Positions 44,730 through 55,334 of a DNA stretch of 59,941 bases are shown here, one piece after another. Each line of letters begins with the position of its first letter. The stretch's first letter is position 1. The stretch spans positions 1 to 59,941 of the forward strand of contig CAYVGZ010000002.1 in NCBI GenBank assembly GCA_964450845.1, written 5' to 3'. The stretch is from an uncultured Candidatus Bathyarchaeia archaeon (GTDB taxonomy: Archaea > Thermoproteota > Bathyarchaeia > Bathyarchaeales > Bathycorpusculaceae). The position numbers were made by a program, and so were the translations under genes. Under the pieces are notes generated by a model. The model was not told the origin of the DNA. It saw only the letters and a program-made list of their open reading frames with translations, and ran no database searches.

Positions 44730-45890
44730 ATGTCGACAGAAAAAATAGTTGAGCAGATACTTTCAAAGCGTCCGGAAATTTCGAGAGAAGAGATTCTAGA
44801 GAAGTTGGAGATGGAGAAAAGGAAAACGGGAGGTTTAATTTCAGACAAGACTCTTTTGCGAATGATTGCTGCAGAGTTTAATGTGGAATTTTCGCATGAT
44901 AAAGCTTTAACTCCTACACTGTCCATAAGAGATTTAATTCCGAGTTTAAATGATGTTGCCTTGGTTGGACGGGTTGTTGCAGTTTTTCCTCCTAAAGCTT
45001 TTAAGGGACGTAAAAGTGGAAAAGTTGCAAGTTTGCTTGTTGCTGACAAAAGCGGCATATTACGAGTTGTTTTATGGAATGATATGACAAGCCTTATGCA
45101 GTCTAACGAGATAAAGGTTGGACAGGTAATACGTTTTTCTCACGGATACACAAAAGAAGACCGAAGTGGAAGAGTCGAATTACACATTGGAGAAAAGAGT
45201 GAAATTGAAATCAACCCGCAAGGCGTGGAAGCAAAAGATTACCCCTTCATCGGCAAATTTACAATAAAAATCGGAGACGTGGCTCAAGCCCACAAAAACA
45301 AAAGAGTAAGCATTGAAGGCACGGTTAAAGAGTTGTTTTCAGCATCTACTTTTAAAAGGCAAGATTCAAGCTCTGGAAAAGTCATGCGGTTTGTGCTGGT
45401 GGATGAGACTGGCGAAATACCAGTTGTTGTTTGGAATGAGAAAGCGGATGAACTTGAGAAGGTGATAAGGAAAGCTGTTAGGTTGCAAGTAGTAAATGCG
45501 AAGGTGAAAAAGGCGATAAGTAAAGGCTTAGAAATTCATGTTGATGCAGGAACATACGTGGAAACGCTTGAACCAGAAGCAGAGTTTCTAAAAATTGCCG
45601 ACCTAAAAGAAGGCTTAAACCATGTTAATGTTGAAGGGGAAGTTGTCACTAAACCCATTCTTAGGGACGTAAAAACGTCTAAGGGAGAGCTTGTGAAACT
45701 TGCCACTTTTGAATTGAAGGATGAAACTGGCAGAATATGGTTTTCAACATGGCGAATGCACGCAGATTCTGTAAAGGACTTGAAAGTGGGCGATAAAATT
45801 ATCGTAAAGAATGTTTATGTGAAGAGGGGTTTTGGCGATCAGCTTGAATTGTCAACGAGGAGCATAACTTCAATTGTCAAAAACGTTTAG
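44730..45890 (+). CDS. rpa: Replication protein A / multi-OB-fold ssDNA-binding protein
   Basis: Three OB folds (VADKSGILRVVLW, LVDETGEIPVVVW, LKDETGRIWFSTW). Confidence 0.85.
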   Translation: MSTEKIVEQILSKRPEISREEILEKLEMEKRKTGGLISDKTLLRMIAAEFNVEFSHDKALTPTLSIRDLIPSLNDVALVGRVVAVFPPKAFKGRKSGKVASLLVADKSGILRVVLWNDMTSLMQSNEIKVGQVIRFSHGYTKEDRSGRVELHIGEKSEIEINPQGVEAKDYPFIGKFTIKIGDVAQAHKNKRVSIEGTVKELFSASTFKRQDSSSGKVMRFVLVDETGEIPVVVWNEKADELEKVIRKAVRLQVVNAKVKKAISKGLEIHVDAGTYVETLEPEAEFLKIADLKEGLNHVNVEGEVVTKPILRDVKTSKGELVKLATFELKDETGRIWFSTWRMHADSVKDLKVGDKIIVKNVYVKRGFGDQLELSTRSITSIVKNV

Positions 45891-45967
45891 AGTGTGCCCT
45901 TTGCGTACGTGCAACAACCGCTAGCCCCTCTATTTGGATCCAAATATTTTTTTATTCTCGATGTGCG

Positions 45968-47023
45968 CTAGTCCAGCACAGATTCTATATTCAGATTGAG
46001 CACTATTTCCGCGATGTCACTAGCGTACTCTGCGGTTCTGCGTATGCTCTCCAATATCATTCTTATGCTTGACGCTTCGCTGGGTTCCAATTTTTTTGCA
46101 ATGGCTTTAATGATTTCATTTTCCATATGCACAATAGTTTTTGCTTTAGCGACCACATTGTCGGCTAACAAGTAGTCTTTCTTGTACAATGCCTTGGTAG
46201 CGTCATCAAATACGGATACAGCAAAAGAACTCATATCCGATATTTTCCGACTGACAGAATCGTTAATTTTCTTATTCAGTAGGATGACATTTTCAGCAAT
46301 TTTGACTGCATGGTCTGCTATTCGTTCGACAGACTTTACGATTACACGATAGCCCAAACAGTCTCTCTGGTTTGAAAGTCCTATGTCTTTGAGGATGCTT
46401 TCGCTTTGTACAGCTGCTTTTAACTGACGAATTATGTAAAGACTGAAGCGATCTACTTCGTCATCCAATGCGACAACATCATGAGCAAGTTTCTTGTCGA
46501 GTTCTCTTAATGCTCGTGTTGCATCCTCGTGCATCGAGATAGCGATAAGGCACATACGTCTTAAAGCGTTTTCAACGGAGAGTTCTGGATAGCTAAGCAA
46601 TATCTGTAATTTCATTTCGTTTGAAGAATCTGAAATTATTTCGGTTCCAACAAGCTTTTTTCTTGTAAGGTCTTTGATTAGGTTTCTCTGTAAAGAAGTG
46701 ATGCGTTCATCTTTTGTTTTGATCTTGATGATGTTATAGCCGACTAAATAGAGAGATACAATTTTTCGTGTGATTGTACTCGGGTCGTCTTTTTGTGAGA
46801 TCAATGCGATAGCTTCTTCGGATTTTGCTTGTTTGGCTAATTCTTTTGGGATTAAAAGAAGTGATGCGTCACTTTGTTTGGAGATAACCACCTGACTTCC
46901 TGCTTTGAGACCCATGTTTGTCACCCACCTCTTCGGTAGAGATACAATATAAGTCGATTTCCCCGTCAATTGAATCTTCCTTGTTTCTTCGACTGACGCT
47001 TCATCTGCCTTTTGTTTTTCCAA
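45968..47023 (-). CDS. Phosphate uptake regulator (AbrB N-domain plus tandem PhoU domains)
   Basis: RKIQLTGKSTYIVSLPKRW AbrB motif; DDEVDR, ERIADH, RR.AEYA.DIAE. Confidence 0.9.
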   Translation of the reverse strand: MEKQKADEASVEETRKIQLTGKSTYIVSLPKRWVTNMGLKAGSQVVISKQSDASLLLIPKELAKQAKSEEAIALISQKDDPSTITRKIVSLYLVGYNIIKIKTKDERITSLQRNLIKDLTRKKLVGTEIISDSSNEMKLQILLSYPELSVENALRRMCLIAISMHEDATRALRELDKKLAHDVVALDDEVDRFSLYIIRQLKAAVQSESILKDIGLSNQRDCLGYRVIVKSVERIADHAVKIAENVILLNKKINDSVSRKISDMSSFAVSVFDDATKALYKKDYLLADNVVAKAKTIVHMENEIIKAIAKKLEPSEASSIRMILESIRRTAEYASDIAEIVLNLNIESVLD

Positions 47024-47122
47024 ACGATTCGCTCCTCTATATAGTTAATTTTGTTCTATATTGTTTATTTGGAAAATGTATATAGACTTTCCTGTTTCTA
47101 TACAACACAAGAAGGTGAAAAA

Positions 47123-48241
47123 ATGAGAACCATCTACAAAACAGCCATTCCAGTAGTTGCAATAGCTATCATTATAGCAAGCGTATCCGCGTATCAGTAC
47201 ATATTTGCAGCACAAACACAGCAAACGATAACTTTGAACGGTGCAGGAGCAACCTTTCCTTTCCCATTGATCGATAAGTGGATTGCTGAATATTACAAGA
47301 TCAAACAGAACGTTCAAATCAATTATCAATCAATCGGAAGCGGCGGTGGAATAAGACAGTATACCGTAAAGACGGTTGATTTTGGTGCAACCGATGCACC
47401 ATTAACAGAAGAACAATTCGCTAACGCAACAAACACTCTGCATATACCGGAAACAATAGGCGGCGTCGTCCCTACCTACAATTTGCCAGACATATCTAGC
47501 GGTCTCAGATTTTCAGGTGCAGTGTTATCGGACATTTTCCTCGGAAAAATCACAAAGTGGAACGATACTCAGTTGCAAGCGCTTAATCCAAGTGCAAATC
47601 TTCCAAGCCACGACATTATTGTGGTCCACAGGTCAGATGGAAGCGGCACAACCTTTGTGTGGACTAACTATCTCTCAGATGTGAGCTCAGAGTGGAGAAC
47701 AACCGTTGGGAAAAGCACTTCAGTTAACTGGCCAACAGGTTTAGGAGGAAAAGGAAACGAGGGCGTGGCTGGACTCGTATCGCAGAATCCATACTCCATT
47801 GGCTACGTTGAGTTCATCTACGCAAAGAGCAACAATCTACTTTGGGGATACGTACAAAATGCAGCCGGAGAATTTGTTGAGCCAAGTTTACAATCTTTCG
47901 CAGCAGCTTCTTCTGCCGCAGCAGTGACATTGCCAAGTGGAGATCAGAGTTGGTCAACAGTCTCCATAGTTGACAGCATAGTAAACAACACAGAAGCGAC
48001 CGGAGCGTATCCCATCACCAGCTTCACTTACCTCTTGGTATACAAAGAGCTCAATGTTATACCTAACATGAATAAAGACAAAGCAAACGCATTAGTCCAA
48101 TTTCTCTGGTGGGCAATACACGATGGACAAGACTACTCAGCCGATCTCGCTTATGTTCCACTACCGGAGTCAGTCAAAGCTAACGCTGAAGCAACTATTC
48201 GAATGATAACCTTTAATGGCGAACAACTATACACTGGTTAA
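47123..48241 (+). CDS. pstS: Phosphate ABC transporter substrate-binding protein
   Basis: GAGATFP, YQSIGSGGG, HRSDGSGTT, YPI; start ATG 47123. Confidence 0.96.
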   Translation: MRTIYKTAIPVVAIAIIIASVSAYQYIFAAQTQQTITLNGAGATFPFPLIDKWIAEYYKIKQNVQINYQSIGSGGGIRQYTVKTVDFGATDAPLTEEQFANATNTLHIPETIGGVVPTYNLPDISSGLRFSGAVLSDIFLGKITKWNDTQLQALNPSANLPSHDIIVVHRSDGSGTTFVWTNYLSDVSSEWRTTVGKSTSVNWPTGLGGKGNEGVAGLVSQNPYSIGYVEFIYAKSNNLLWGYVQNAAGEFVEPSLQSFAAASSAAAVTLPSGDQSWSTVSIVDSIVNNTEATGAYPITSFTYLLVYKELNVIPNMNKDKANALVQFLWWAIHDGQDYSADLAYVPLPESVKANAEATIRMITFNGEQLYTG

Positions 48242-48256
48242 AGGAAACAAAGACCA

Positions 48257-49252
48257 ATGCAAATCTCTGAAAAACCATCTTTTTTGTTGCGCAATCTAAG
48301 AATCAAGATTAAGGCGTTCTGCAAACGACACTTAACTGGAGACAAAGCTTTCAAATTCTTCACCGGTATATTTGCATCAAGCATTTTTTTAATACTTGGC
48401 TTAATAGTCTATGAGTTGATTAAAGAATCTCAGCTTTCCATACAAAGATTTGGAATAGAGTTTTTGATAGGCACCAAATGGGATCCTGCCATCTCTCACG
48501 TTTTTGGAGCTTTGCCTCTCATACTTGGCACTCTTGTAACATCGGCTATCGCTCTTTTGATAGGCGTGCCCATAAGCCTCGGCGTCGGGTTAGCGCTGTC
48601 AGAATTCACGCCTAAACGATTTGGGTTTGCCATCTCTTTTCTCGTTGAGTTATTGGCTGCCATTCCGAGCGTTATCTACGGTCTCTGGGGCATCTTCACA
48701 TTGATTCCATTTCTGCGAAACAGCGTATATCCGCACCTCCAAACCATGTTCGGTTTCATTCCTCTCTTTTCAGGACCTATATATGGTGGTGGCGTTCTTA
48801 CGGGTGGAATAATCCTCGCCATTATGATAATTCCCACAGTATCTGCTATTTCAAGAGACGTATTTTCAGCAGTGCCAGATACTCAAAGAGAAGCCATGAT
48901 TTCACTTGGCGCGACAAAATGGGAAACCGCCAAAACAGTCGTAAGCTATTCAAGATCAGGAGTCATTAGTGCAACAATTCTCGGTCTGGGGCGTGCCGCA
49001 GGAGAAACCATGGCAATAACCATGGTCATCGGCAACAAGTTCCAAGTTTTACCAGCGTCTCTCTTTGACTCTTGGTACACCATGGCATCCATCATCGCAA
49101 ACGAGTTTACCGAGGCCACTTACGACCTCTACGTCAGCGCGCTGATTGAAGTGGGGCTTGTGCTGTTTTTCATAACCTTGATAATCAATGTGTTAGCTAG
49201 ACTAATCGTTTGGCGGTCGCTTCGGCTGACCAGAGGAATAGCGAGGGAATAA
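48257..49252 (+). CDS. pstC: Phosphate ABC transporter permease
   Basis: ELLAAIPSVIYGLWG, LGRAAGETMA. Confidence 0.96.
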   Translation: MQISEKPSFLLRNLRIKIKAFCKRHLTGDKAFKFFTGIFASSIFLILGLIVYELIKESQLSIQRFGIEFLIGTKWDPAISHVFGALPLILGTLVTSAIALLIGVPISLGVGLALSEFTPKRFGFAISFLVELLAAIPSVIYGLWGIFTLIPFLRNSVYPHLQTMFGFIPLFSGPIYGGGVLTGGIILAIMIIPTVSAISRDVFSAVPDTQREAMISLGATKWETAKTVVSYSRSGVISATILGLGRAAGETMAITMVIGNKFQVLPASLFDSWYTMASIIANEFTEATYDLYVSALIEVGLVLFFITLIINVLARLIVWRSLRLTRGIARE

Positions 49253-49253
49253 C

Positions 49254-50084
49254 ATGAACAACTACATGGTAAGAAAGATTAAGGATCGGTTCATACGAAT
49301 CTTCATTTACTTAGCCTTGGTAGCGGCTCTAATTCCTCTGTTCAGTATACTAGGAGAAGTTGTTCTAAAGGGTGCATCTTCCATTAACATTGAGTTTCTG
49401 ACTCAACCAACACCCACTGTAGGAGAAGTTGGCGGTGGTGCCGCAAATGCCATACAAGGCACGTTGATCACGGTAGGTTTGGCTTCCCTCATAGGCGTTC
49501 CGATAGGCTTGATGTCTGGCATATTTCTCAGCGAATACGGCGAATCAAAAATATCATCAGCTGTTAGATTCTTTAATGACGTCTTAACAGGGTTCCCCTC
49601 AATAGTTATTGGAATCTTTGTCTATACACTCATAGTTCTATCCATCGGATTTTCAGTAACTGCCGCCGCATTCGCGTTAGCCATCATAATGATTCCAATA
49701 GTGACAAGAACTACTGAGGAATCCATGAAACTAGTACCAGCGACAATGAGAGAAGCGGCAATTGCGTTGGGAGTACCACAATGGAAAACCATAGTGTCTG
49801 TTGTGCTCAGTGGCGCAAAAAAAGGCATAGCCACAGGAATATTGCTTTCATTAGCGAGAGTCGCAGGCGAGTCAGCGCCAGTGCTTGTTACGATGGGATA
49901 TTGGAGATGGTGGTATGCCGGATTGGATAAACCTGTGGCAAATCTCGCCTTAAATATCTACATATTTGCCATATCTCCTTTCGAAAACTGGAGAGCTCTC
50001 GCATGGGGGTCTTCCCTTGTTCTCGTATTACTTATCCTCGGCATTAGCGTACTCGTCAGGACCTTTACTAGGGAGAAATACTAG
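49254..50084 (+). CDS. pstA: Phosphate ABC transporter permease
   Basis: [15 protein letters not shown]. Confidence 0.96.
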   Translation: MNNYMVRKIKDRFIRIFIYLALVAALIPLFSILGEVVLKGASSINIEFLTQPTPTVGEVGGGAANAIQGTLITVGLASLIGVPIGLMSGIFLSEYGESKISSAVRFFNDVLTGFPSIVIGIFVYTLIVLSIGFSVTAAAFALAIIMIPIVTRTTEESMKLVPATMREAAIALGVPQWKTIVSVVLSGAKKGIATGILLSLARVAGESAPVLVTMGYWRWWYAGLDKPVANLALNIYIFAISPFENWRALAWGSSLVLVLLILGISVLVRTFTREKY

Positions 50085-50851
50085 TGATACCCATGTCCTA
50101 CAAATTTGAAATCGAAAACCTGAACGCTTGGTTTGGCCCCAAACATGTATTGAAGAATATCAATATAAAAATGAAGGAGAACGTTGTGACCGCAGTAATA
50201 GGTCCATCTGGATGCGGTAAAACGACTTTCATTCGATGTCTCAACAGGATGCATGAGATAGTTCCTAGAGCACGCGTATCTGGCAGAGTGCTTCTTGACG
50301 GAGATGATATTTATGAAAAAGATGTGGATCCCGTTGCGATAAGAAGAAGAATAGGCATGATTTTCCAAAAACCGAATCCTTTCCCTATGATGTCAATATA
50401 TGACAATGTGGCTGCCGGACTTAAGCTGAATGGAATGAGAGATAAGTCCAAACTTGATGAAATTGTGGAAAAGAGCTTAAAAATGGCTATTCTCTTTGAC
50501 GAGGTCAAGGAAGACTTAAGCAAGTCTGGTGCTAGCCTTTCAGGCGGACAACAGCAGAGACTTTGTATTGCACGTGCTTTGGCTGTTGAGCCTGAAGTCT
50601 TGTTGATGGATGAGCCTTGCTCCGCTCTAGACCCTCTAGCAACTGCAAGGATAGAAGAGCTCATCAGGATGCTTTCTGAGGAATATACAGTGATAATTGT
50701 CACACATAACATGCAACAAGCGGCAAGAGTTTCAGATTATACGGCTTTTCTTTATCTTGGAGAGCTTGTGGAATATGGGTCAACTAAGGACATTTTTGAG
50801 AACCCGAAGAGTGAATTGACTGAAAAGTATATAACAGGAGAATTTGGCTAG
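50084..50851 (+). CDS. pstB: Phosphate ABC transporter ATPase
   Basis: [40 protein letters not shown]. Confidence 0.97.
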   Translation: MIPMSYKFEIENLNAWFGPKHVLKNINIKMKENVVTAVIGPSGCGKTTFIRCLNRMHEIVPRARVSGRVLLDGDDIYEKDVDPVAIRRRIGMIFQKPNPFPMMSIYDNVAAGLKLNGMRDKSKLDEIVEKSLKMAILFDEVKEDLSKSGASLSGGQQQRLCIARALAVEPEVLLMDEPCSALDPLATARIEELIRMLSEEYTVIIVTHNMQQAARVSDYTAFLYLGELVEYGSTKDIFENPKSELTEKYITGEFG

Positions 50852-50862
50852 GTGAAGAAGCA

Positions 50863-51507
50863 ATGAGCAGAATAATAGACGTTGGTTTGGAAGAACTTTC
50901 AGTGATGCTTTGCAGAATGGGAGAACTCACGTACAAAACAGTTTCCTTATCTCTAAAAGGGTGTTTCAACGGCACCGACGTGTATCCTCAAGTTTGTGAA
51001 ATGTCAGATGCGCTTGTCTCCATGTCTGACCAAGCTGAAGACAAAACCTTTGAACTTATCGCACGGTTTCAGCCAGTAGCATCCGACCTAAGAACCATAA
51101 AATCATATATGAAAATAGCCTACGATTTCGCTAGATACAGCAGATACGCCCTTGACATATCCTACATCAACAAACAGCTCGGCGGACTGAAAGAATGCGA
51201 AGCATGGATATCCGAATATATTGAAAAGATGAGTGAAAAAGTCATGAACATGGTTCGAACAAGCATCGACTCACTCAGAAGCCACGACACGCAACTTGCC
51301 AAAACCATCTCCAAAACAGAACAGGAAGTAGACAAGATGTATTTCGAATATCTCGACAGATTAATTGAAAAAGCGCCGACAACAAACAAGTGCACAGTTT
51401 CCAGTGTACTTATAATAAGGTATCTTGAACGAATAGCTGATCATGCAACATACATCTGCGAATCAGTGGTCTACCTTGCAACAGGCGAGAAAGTCACGCT
51501 AAGGTAA
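50863..51507 (+). CDS. phoU: Phosphate signalling protein PhoU
   Basis: QPVASDLR, YLERIADHA. Confidence 0.92.
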   Translation: MSRIIDVGLEELSVMLCRMGELTYKTVSLSLKGCFNGTDVYPQVCEMSDALVSMSDQAEDKTFELIARFQPVASDLRTIKSYMKIAYDFARYSRYALDISYINKQLGGLKECEAWISEYIEKMSEKVMNMVRTSIDSLRSHDTQLAKTISKTEQEVDKMYFEYLDRLIEKAPTTNKCTVSSVLIIRYLERIADHATYICESVVYLATGEKVTLR

Positions 51508-51568
51508 TCTACACTAAACTGAGCTTATTTCCCAGGAATAACATAAAAGCTAGCCCTAACTGGCAAAA

Positions 51569-51676
51569 TGGTGCCGGGGGCGGGATTCGAGCCCGCGACC
51601 TCTGGACAGTTGGGCGTTTGCCCCTTGTTCTCCAGATTATGAGTCTGGCGCCCAAACCAAGCTAGGCTACCCCGGC
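51569..51676 (-). tRNA. trnM: tRNA-Met(CAT), elongator-type, with a 30-nt intron at 45/46 and encoded CCA
   Basis: GCCGGGG/CCCCGGC acceptor; CCAGA-CT-CAT-AA-TCTGG anticodon arm; removing 51600-51629 restores AGGTC variable loop and T arm. Confidence 0.9.
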
Positions 51677-52090
51677 TATTGTTTTCATTAAAGGAGTCAT
51701 TATTAAAGAGTTTTTGGTCAATGTTATTTTGACCTATTCGGTCAATGTTAGAAGGTTTATCTCTGCTTTCTAGAATTTTTCAACATAAAACTTGATTCCA
51801 ATGTATGAACCATCACAAGTATTATCTATACTCGAAAACTTGTAGGATTTCGCCCGCAAAGCTAAAGAGTGCAACCAACAGATATTCTATTAGTATCTTC
51901 TGATGAGAAGACTGAAATAATGCCTACGATGTTTTGCCCAAAGTGCAAAGGGGTCTTCATGTCAGAAAGAATGTTCGGAATAACAAAAAAACTTGCATAA
52001 GAACTGATACCTACAAGAGCCTAGCTTCCAATGAGTCTTTAGAATGCTAGTAGAAATAAAAAAAGGGTAGAGTTAATATTTTTACTGGAA

Positions 52091-52255
52091 TCAGATTTTT
52101 CTCTTGCTTAAGACAGACCTGAAAGATTTTCCACAATGTTCAAAGAGTCCAATTGTAAGTTCTGTTCTCTTGCCATTCTTATCTTTCCTTCCAGCCATCT
52201 TCCATGTCTTCTTTGGTTTACTGACTTCTTTTTTACATATGGGACATTTCGCCAT
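52091..52255 (-). CDS. Cren7-like small chromatin protein (Zn-ribbon variant)
   Basis: Own translation MAKCPICKKEVSKPKKTWKMAGRKDKNGKRTELTIGLFEHCGKSFRSVLSKRKI*; KxW...IGLF...GK.FR motif of Cren7; missed by the ORF track. Confidence 0.8.
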   Translation of the reverse strand: MAKCPICKKEVSKPKKTWKMAGRKDKNGKRTELTIGLFEHCGKSFRSVLSKRKI

Positions 52256-52489
52256 ATAATTCCCTTTTTAAGCATTATACATGATAAAGATAAAACATTT
52301 TCCATCAAGGAAGCATTATTCTACACAGAAAAATTTGTATTCGCTTACAGCAACTTTCCTTTTATGAAGTTTTCAGAACCTTTGTAAATCTAGCTATGAA
52401 AAAACTTGGTTTAGTATGCCAAAAATTGATGAAGTAGGGACAGCAGAAACACGAGTTTGCTCTTCCCAATAGTTTTAGCGAGTTATTTT

Positions 52490-53191
52490 TTATGCCAATT
52501 CTTCTACGCCAGAACCTTTTCCAAGATACACCAGATTTGCCATTTGGACAAAAAGCCCTGTCTCAACAACTCCGGTAAGCCTCTTTAATTTGCGTTCTAA
52601 CTCTGCTGGGTTTGGTATAAGTCCAAAATTTACGTCTAGGATGACGTTGCCGTTGTCCGTTATGACTGGACCAACCTTTTTTATACCTTCTCTCAGGGTT
52701 GGTTTTCCGCCGATTTCTTTTATTTTACGCATTAAAACTGGTGCGGCAAGAGGCATGGTTTCTATCGGTACTGGATGATTGTTTTCTCCAAGAACCTTAA
52801 CTTTTTTGCTTTCGTCTGCAACAATGACGAGTTTTTTTGATGCAAAGGCTACAATTTTTTCTCGGGCAAGGGCTCCACCCATACCCTTAATCAAGTTTAA
52901 CTGATCATCTATTTGGTCAGCCCCATCTATTGTCAAATCCAGCGTAGGATGCTCTTCAAGCGTTGTTATTGGAACTCCATGCTTAATGGCTAATAATAAA
53001 GCCTGATATGATGTTGGAACACCTAAAACATGTAATTTTTCAAGTTTTATTCTGTTTCCTATTTCCTCAATGGCGTAAGCGGCTGTGCTTCCGCTTCCCA
53101 AACCAACAATAAAACCGTCTTTAACATGTTTAACCGCTTCTAGAGCCGCGTTCTTCTTTGCCTTTTCAACCCAACTCTGTTTAAGTTTCAA
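52490..53191 (-). CDS. rpiA: Ribose-5-phosphate isomerase A
   Basis: GLGSGST, DGADQ, KGMGGALAREK, TDNGN, GVVETGLF. Confidence 0.97.
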   Translation of the reverse strand: MKLKQSWVEKAKKNAALEAVKHVKDGFIVGLGSGSTAAYAIEEIGNRIKLEKLHVLGVPTSYQALLLAIKHGVPITTLEEHPTLDLTIDGADQIDDQLNLIKGMGGALAREKIVAFASKKLVIVADESKKVKVLGENNHPVPIETMPLAAPVLMRKIKEIGGKPTLREGIKKVGPVITDNGNVILDVNFGLIPNPAELERKLKRLTGVVETGLFVQMANLVYLGKGSGVEELA

Positions 53192-53882
53192 TTTCCATCT
53201 GCCCCAATCTTTCTAAAACCTTTTCCACTTCAGCCCTAATTTCCTCTATTCTTTTTTCCGCTTCTGTTCTCGGGCTTGGCTTAGCTGACGGTGGTTTTCT
53301 TTTCTTCTTTGCTTTTCCTTCGCCCTCGGGTTTTTCTTCCAGTCTCGGGGTCGGTGGTGCTTTTGCTGCTGGTATGGTTATTTCTTTTATTGTTTTTGCT
53401 TCTACTTTTGAGCGTAGTTCTTCTGTTTTTGTGCTTAGTTCGTCAAAGCGTTCGCTGAAAAGTTTTATTAGGTCTTCTTGCATGGCTTCGAGTTCATGTA
53501 AAGCAACTAGAGATTCATCCTTTGAAATGGCATCTTTCACCGTCATCATTCGAGACTTATATGTTTGCGCCAGTCTTTCCCTTTCTTCCTCTGTTATTTT
53601 TCCTTCTGCTTGGGCTTCATAAAGTCGTCGAATGGCATCGCTTAAAATCTCCCTTTCCAAATCCAATATTCTAAGCTGTTCTCTCGCATGGGTAGCGTCC
53701 TCTGGAGAAACACTTTTAACTATTTTAAACGGTAAACCCCTAGACTCCTCCTTTAATTTTTCTCCCTCCAAAAGTTTTTCTTCTTTTTTGCTACGCTTTT
53801 TCATGGCGTAAATGATTATTGAACATGTGATAATTGCCCCTATTACAATTATTGCGTAGATTAGGGCTTCTTCAAAGGGCAA
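53181..53882 (-). CDS. Membrane-anchored coiled-coil protein, function unknown
   Basis: N-terminal TM, long E/K/R helices, P/K-rich linker. Confidence 0.7.
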   Translation of the reverse strand: MPFEEALIYAIIVIGAIITCSIIIYAMKKRSKKEEKLLEGEKLKEESRGLPFKIVKSVSPEDATHAREQLRILDLEREILSDAIRRLYEAQAEGKITEEERERLAQTYKSRMMTVKDAISKDESLVALHELEAMQEDLIKLFSERFDELSTKTEELRSKVEAKTIKEITIPAAKAPPTPRLEEKPEGEGKAKKKRKPPSAKPSPRTEAEKRIEEIRAEVEKVLERLGQMEIET

Positions 53883-54155
53883 GAGCGTGTTCGCCTCTCT
53901 CTATTTTCATTGTTCTTTATGGATATATAAATTATAACAATCGAATTTTTATGAGTAATTCTGCATCGTGGCAACGAAAATTTCTGCTGAACGCCCAGAA
54001 CATTCGCAGCAATTCCAGGCAATCTCTCAACTCTAACCTCCGAAAAATGTTTTTTTTGGATCATTTCATAGACGTTTTCTGGTTTAAAGCCTAAATGCAC
54101 TTTTCTAGGTTGATTGCCATTCTAACCTTGCTTTATATTGTTTTGTTGGCGTGAG

Positions 54156-54229
54156 AGCCTCGGGCGGGATTTGGACCCGCGACCGCCGCCTTACCAAGGC
54201 GATGCCCCACCAGGCTAGGCTACCGAGGC
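54156..54229 (-). tRNA. trnT: tRNA-Thr(GGT)
   Basis: GCCTCGG/CCGAGGC acceptor; TCGCC-TT-GGT-AA-GGCGG; U73; no CCA. Confidence 0.9.
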
Positions 54230-54568
54230 ACAAGCTTTCTTTGAGAAAAGAGCTTTTATTAATAGATTTAGAGCTTTCGATTGCTTAAATGAAGGTATTG
54301 TTTATTTGTATTGCGTTAGGGTAAAAAAGTTAAAGGTTAAATCTAGAATCTAGGATAAATATTCTTAGATGTGTGGAGGGAATGGTGAAGAGATAATTTT
54401 TGCTCTCCTTTCTCCTCTTGTTAAAAGTACGACCATTCTCCCCATGAATAGAATTTTTCAGAAAAAATTTTGGTTACATGAGTTAATATTGGTTCTAAGG
54501 TTTCGCTTTAGCTTTGAAAGGTAAGTAAATATAAAAGAATATGCAATTCAACTTTGAATCCGACTGTT

Positions 54569-54653
54569 GCGGGGGTGTCCGAGTCTGGTCAAAGGAGACA
54601 GGCTTAGGACCTGTTGCCGTAGGGCTGCATGGGTTCAAACCCCATCCCCCGCA
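54569..54653 (+). tRNA. trnL: tRNA-Leu(TAG)
   Basis: GCGGGGG/CCCCCGC acceptor; ACAGG-CT-TAG-GA-CCTGT; long variable arm; TTCAAAC T-loop. Confidence 0.93.
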
Positions 54654-54736
54654 CTGCGTCTTAATTTAGTGTTTAAGACTGTCAACTTCTATGAATCTCA
54701 CGCTAAAGTTCCAACGGTCCTATGATGCTGTGTGTG

Positions 54737-54754
54737 GGATAAAACTTTACCCCA
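54737..54754 (+). repeat. Palindromic repeat copy A (GGATAAAACTTTACCCCA)
   Basis: Shares 26 bp (TGTGTGTGGGATAAAACTTTACCCCA) with copy C. Confidence 0.85.
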
Positions 54755-54845
54755 TCATCAACTGACCGAAATTTTGTACGTCTCCTGACATGGGTTATAC
54801 AGTAAATGGGGAGATTGTTGCTTTAGAGCTCAGCTTGCGTTGATA

Positions 54846-55334
54846 TCAGTGCAGGCGGGGAAACCATTTGGCTACTCTTTTTTGGTAAGCAACATATTCT
54901 TCGCCTAGAATTTGAATAAGGTTCCTTTCTTCATACGTTGCCATTTTATCGTAGAAGATGAAGAACGCGATCCATATTCCTATTGAAAAAAGCGAGACAC
55001 TTATGAATAGAAAGGCTAGGCAAGAGAGTAAGGTTCCAAGGTACATTGGATGCCTCACAACAGCGTAAACGCCTGAATCGATGAGCCTGGGTTGAGTATG
55101 CCCTTCGTCAAAAACTGCCTTATGAGCCTTTAATACAAGATACGAGCCAAGACACAAAAACACAATCGTTCCCAAGAGAAGCGGTGGAAAAGAAATGACT
55201 TCCAAAACAACAGTTGAGTATCCGAATATTAAGAGACTTAGGGTATCAAGCCCCAAGGAAACAAAAAACAAGATAACCATAATGAGCTGAATTCGATCGC
55301 AAAGCGGATGTTCTGAACCCAGACCTTGTCTCAC
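54846..55334 (-). CDS. Isoprenylcysteine carboxyl methyltransferase / PEMT family membrane protein
   Basis: LIDSGVYAVVRHPMYLG...EE..L...GEEY..YQKRV. Confidence 0.88.
   Translation of the reverse strand: MRQGLGSEHPLCDRIQLIMVILFFVSLGLDTLSLLIFGYSTVVLEVISFPPLLLGTIVFLCLGSYLVLKAHKAVFDEGHTQPRLIDSGVYAVVRHPMYLGTLLSCLAFLFISVSLFSIGIWIAFFIFYDKMATYEERNLIQILGEEYVAYQKRVAKWFPRLH

Noticed and set aside
51920-52000. MPTMFCPKCKGVF... short ORF with CxxC
   Set aside because: Only 26 codons and no second CxxC in frame; cannot be distinguished from chance or a remnant
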